From the IMG/VR virus record IMGVR_UViG_3300032007_004036: 20,000 bases of DNA; one strand, written 5' to 3'. This document shows, piece after piece, positions 17,219-20,000 of this stretch. Below the pieces are notes generated by a model that was not told where the DNA came from, ran no database searches, and worked only from the letters and a program-made list of their open reading frames with translations. The DNA comes from an uncultured virus (IMG/VR IMGVR_UViG_3300032007_004036) (taxonomy: Duplodnaviria; Heunggongvirae; Uroviricota; Caudoviricetes). The position numbers and the translations under genes were made by a program. Numbering within the stretch: the first letter of the stretch is position 1; each line of letters opens with the position of its first letter.

Positions 17219-17869
17219 GTGTGTACCTGGTTCTATGCTGATTATAAGTCGCTCGAAAAATATATCACCAGAGCACAGAAGTCACCTCTGGCGAACGAGA
17301 TAATGTTGACGATGTCCCGAAGCACAGTAATGACTGGAGACATCAGACCGACCGATGTTGCTGCCGTTATAGCTTCAGGCAGAAGCGGTAACATGGGTGT
17401 GTTTCCGATGGTGTGGGGATTCACCACCGAAGCTTCTTCCAAGCCTATCATTAACTGTCGAATCGAGACAGCCGACCAAAAGAACCTGTGGCGAGAGTCA
17501 TGGCATACCCGCCGATGTGTGATACCTGCTTCCTGGTACTATGAGTGGGGCGTTCTTCCTACTGACGAAGGATACAACAGTCGCCAGCAGCGTGATATAA
17601 AAAAGACCCGTTTCGCAATTCAACCGGCAGGAACTGAGATAACTTTTCTTGCAGGGCTGTACCGATATGAGGAGCAGAGCGGAAAGCAGATTCCTATGTT
17701 CTCGGTCATCACCCGAGAGTCGGTGGAACCTGTCAGGAGCATCCATGACCGGATGCCACTGATGTTGAAACAAGAAGATGTTCGTGAATGGGTACGTCCT
17801 AACGCAAGTCCCAGTGGCATCACTGAGAGAGCGTTGACTGATGTTATGATGGAAGCAGCGACAGTATAA
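17219..17869 (+). CDS. SOS response-associated peptidase (SRAP/YedK/HMCES family)
   Basis: GGAGG RBS and GTG start give Met-Cys2. Motifs INCRIET, RRCVIPASWYYEW and IHDRMP. Confidence 0.92.
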   Translation: MCTWFYADYKSLEKYITRAQKSPLANEIMLTMSRSTVMTGDIRPTDVAAVIASGRSGNMGVFPMVWGFTTEASSKPIINCRIETADQKNLWRESWHTRRCVIPASWYYEWGVLPTDEGYNSRQQRDIKKTRFAIQPAGTEITFLAGLYRYEEQSGKQIPMFSVITRESVEPVRSIHDRMPLMLKQEDVREWVRPNASPSGITERALTDVMMEAATV

Positions 17870-17890
17870 TTTAAGTAGAAAAAAGTGTTT

Positions 17891-17926
17891 AAGTATGTCC
17901 CCGCGAGAGCGGGGATCCATATACTT
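17891..17926. terminator. GC-rich hairpin after SRAP
   Basis: TCCCCGC-GAGA-GCGGGGA (17898-17915) with outer AAGTAT/ATACTT pairing; no classical U-tract. Confidence 0.5.
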
Positions 17927-17957
17927 GTAATAATGAAAAATGAATTATTCAAAGTCG

Positions 17958-18050
17958 ATTACGTTTTTTGAAAAAAATGAAATTCAAAAATTCTCAAAAA
18001 GAGAAGTTTTTTGAGAAAAATGCAATTTAATTTTTCTGAAAAAACGTAAT
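17958..18050. repeat. 93-bp imperfect AT-rich palindrome
   Basis: Perfect arms 17958-17969/18039-18050 and 17991-18000/18008-18017 share the centre 18004. Confidence 0.75.
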
Positions 18051-18117
18051 TCCAATGAAAAATGTCATTTATGATTTGAGCGATAGATGATATATCATAT
18101 AGTGGAGGAGTAGCAGT

Positions 18118-18930
18118 ATGGCAAAGTTCGACAACTTAAAGGATTATCTTCTATTAAAGCATGAAAAGACAATACGGAGGAAAATCGAAGTACTGTTGGA
18201 GGATAATTATTATGAGTATGAAGACTATGTAGAGCTGAGAAACGTTATTGTCCAATCCGTTGATTGTTGCCAAAACAATAAAAAATCACATGATTTGGTA
18301 ATTGAGCTTAAGGTCGTAGCTGATGTATTTGATTGCAGAAGTGATAATAGAATAGGGACCATCTCGCTAAAGATTCCTATGACTGGAAATCTGTCATTAA
18401 ATTTAGAAAGCATTCGCGTGAATAAGGAGAATCATAGATTTGATGAGAATGCATACTATTTTGATGAAGACGATTCTAAAAAGCTTTCACAAAGAATGCA
18501 TCATATCATTGAAGAAATAAAACTAACTGAGGAGAAGAATCGTCAAGATAAGAAGGAATTATGCCTTCTCATAAATAATAATAAAGATACGTTTGCTAAA
18601 GCATTTGACTATATTTTGAGAGAGCTTAGGCAAAATGCATTAACAAATGAGGAAATTGCTCATTGGCTTGGTTGTTCATCAAAAACTGTACAGAACTACC
18701 GTAACGGTGTTACCAAACCACAAAAGATTGAAACTATAATGCTTATTTGCCTAGTATGCAAGCTTGGGCCAGCAGTAAGCAAGTACCTTATCGAGAAGAC
18801 TTTTGGAGGAATCCCTGATGAAAGGAATCAAAAAGCAGCATACACCTTGTTATTGAATCATACAAATGCGAACATTGATTATTGGAATATGATTCTGGAC
18901 CAATTTGGACTTAAACACATTGATGATTAG
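18118..18930 (+). CDS. XRE-family HTH domain protein (C-terminal HTH)
   Basis: GGAGGAG RBS; LTNEEIAHWLGCSSKTVQNYRNGVTKP is a helix-turn-helix. Confidence 0.8.
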   Translation: MAKFDNLKDYLLLKHEKTIRRKIEVLLEDNYYEYEDYVELRNVIVQSVDCCQNNKKSHDLVIELKVVADVFDCRSDNRIGTISLKIPMTGNLSLNLESIRVNKENHRFDENAYYFDEDDSKKLSQRMHHIIEEIKLTEEKNRQDKKELCLLINNNKDTFAKAFDYILRELRQNALTNEEIAHWLGCSSKTVQNYRNGVTKPQKIETIMLICLVCKLGPAVSKYLIEKTFGGIPDERNQKAAYTLLLNHTNANIDYWNMILDQFGLKHIDD

Positions 18931-18970
18931 CATTGTGTACTAAAAATTGCGATGATATTTGTAAAGTTTG

Positions 18971-18993
18971 CGGAGGAAAATTAATTTCCTCCG
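18971..18993 (+). terminator. Hairpin with T-tail (terminator and/or operator)
   Basis: CGGAGGAAA-ATTAA-TTTCCTCCG followed by ATTTTCTTT. Confidence 0.6.
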
Positions 18994-19096
18994 ATTTTCT
19001 TTATATATAGCTGGTTATGTTGAATAATATATTTTCTAATTATGATATGTTGAGAAATAACGTTAAAAAATCGGGTTATTAAGAAAATTAATTTCC

Positions 19097-19125
19097 TTTA
19101 TGCTTTTTGCCTTTTTTGTTATGAT
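19097..19125 (+). promoter_or_regulatory. Candidate promoter of last gene
   Basis: TTTATG (19097-19102), 17 bp, TATGAT (19120-19125), with extended TG. Confidence 0.4.
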
Positions 19126-19202
19126 ATGAACAGCAGGCGACCTGAAAGCGAGCATAAGCTCCTTACATGTTCCCAAAAATATGATAGAAAAGAGGAAAAG
19201 AA

Positions 19203-20000
19203 ATGCATTTTGGCTCTAATTGGTATCCCAATCCTACATGGGGGGATGTCAATCGTTCAAATTTGGATGAGTTCGGTACAACGAACCAGGAAGAAATTGA
19301 ACGTATGAAGGAATACGGTCAACGCAAAGTTGACAAAGAATCAGAAATAAAAGCAAATCAGATGGCGCAAGGGAAGCTTGACGAAATGAAGGAGGAACTT
19401 CGAGTTGAGATTACTCGTGACACAATCAAGACATTCCTAAGTGTCAAGGGCAATGAAATAAAGCGGTTTTCTCCTTGGATTACGGAGCGTGTTTTGGCTG
19501 ACGGTGGTGAATTGTTCCCTTCGGATTTTATTCCCGAAACGATTGAGGGAGATCCGATCCACGATGATGTCTGGCTCTACTACAACGATATCGAGAACAA
19601 ATGGCTTCTTAGAACGAAGGCAGCGGGAGCGCATAAATTGATTTCGCGTTTCTGTGTGATAGTTGTTCTTATCGTTAATGCTTATGCGTCGGGGTGTTGT
19701 CGTGCATTGGTTGTTTTTTTGAAAGGATTTACGAAGCCGCTGATATTCTGGGAAGGCATCATATCTTCTACTGAACTTAGAAAACAAACCCAATTTCAGC
19801 AGAAGGGGCTTACGGTTAGGAACAGGGATTATTACTACGAATCGTTCATTAGGTCGTTAAGCATGTGTAAGAACGTATTCTTCCTGACCATTCCTTCACA
19901 CGCTGGTTGGAACGTTACACCCGACGGCAGAAGAGTATTTGTGTCTTCATCGGATATGATTCCTCACTTGCAAGATTTGTTTGAGAACATGGAGGGCTGA
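19203..20000 (+). CDS. Hypothetical protein (265 aa), possibly mobile-element replication associated
   Basis: ORF with AGAGG RBS ending in TGA at 19998-20000. The HAGWN...RVFV motif is only weakly reminiscent of DUF927-type domains. Confidence 0.65.
   Translation: MHFGSNWYPNPTWGDVNRSNLDEFGTTNQEEIERMKEYGQRKVDKESEIKANQMAQGKLDEMKEELRVEITRDTIKTFLSVKGNEIKRFSPWITERVLADGGELFPSDFIPETIEGDPIHDDVWLYYNDIENKWLLRTKAAGAHKLISRFCVIVVLIVNAYASGCCRALVVFLKGFTKPLIFWEGIISSTELRKQTQFQQKGLTVRNRDYYYESFIRSLSMCKNVFFLTIPSHAGWNVTPDGRRVFVSSSDMIPHLQDLFENMEG

Noticed and set aside
17893..17920. TCCCCGCGAGAGCGGGGATCC resembles a type I-E CRISPR repeat or REP element
   Set aside because: Single copy with no spacers and no cas genes; best explained as a hairpin after SRAP.

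Overview
Clostridial (Ruminococcus-like) accessory locus. Left end: tail of a hypothetical gene and a truncated ECF sigma factor. These are followed by a large secreted double-dockerin protein (dockerin, C-type lectin, beta-rich region, Thr linkers, dockerin; true start 861). Centre: a visibly AT-richer minus-strand operon. It encodes a membrane-anchored protein and an SH3b protein that are in frame across a single TGA, a Zn-ribbon-TPR-TIR protein with 24 MORN repeats, a Zn-ribbon-SPFH protein with three further Zn ribbons, an unannotated SH3b remnant and a 531-aa helical protein with a Gly/Ala-rich hydrophobic segment. An intact tyrosine recombinase gene sits upstream, bracketed by a perfect 18-bp inverted repeat (13309-13326/14677-14694). 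It separates this operon from a divergent degenerate NACHT/STAND-like NTPase and a SRAP gene. Right end: an XRE-HTH protein and a hypothetical gene, with palindromic operator-like DNA. The best candidate for a new system is a TIR/SPFH membrane-signalling or defence operon, possibly phase-switched against a STAND NTPase by a self-inverting recombinase cassette. All domain calls are by motif recognition, not by database search.
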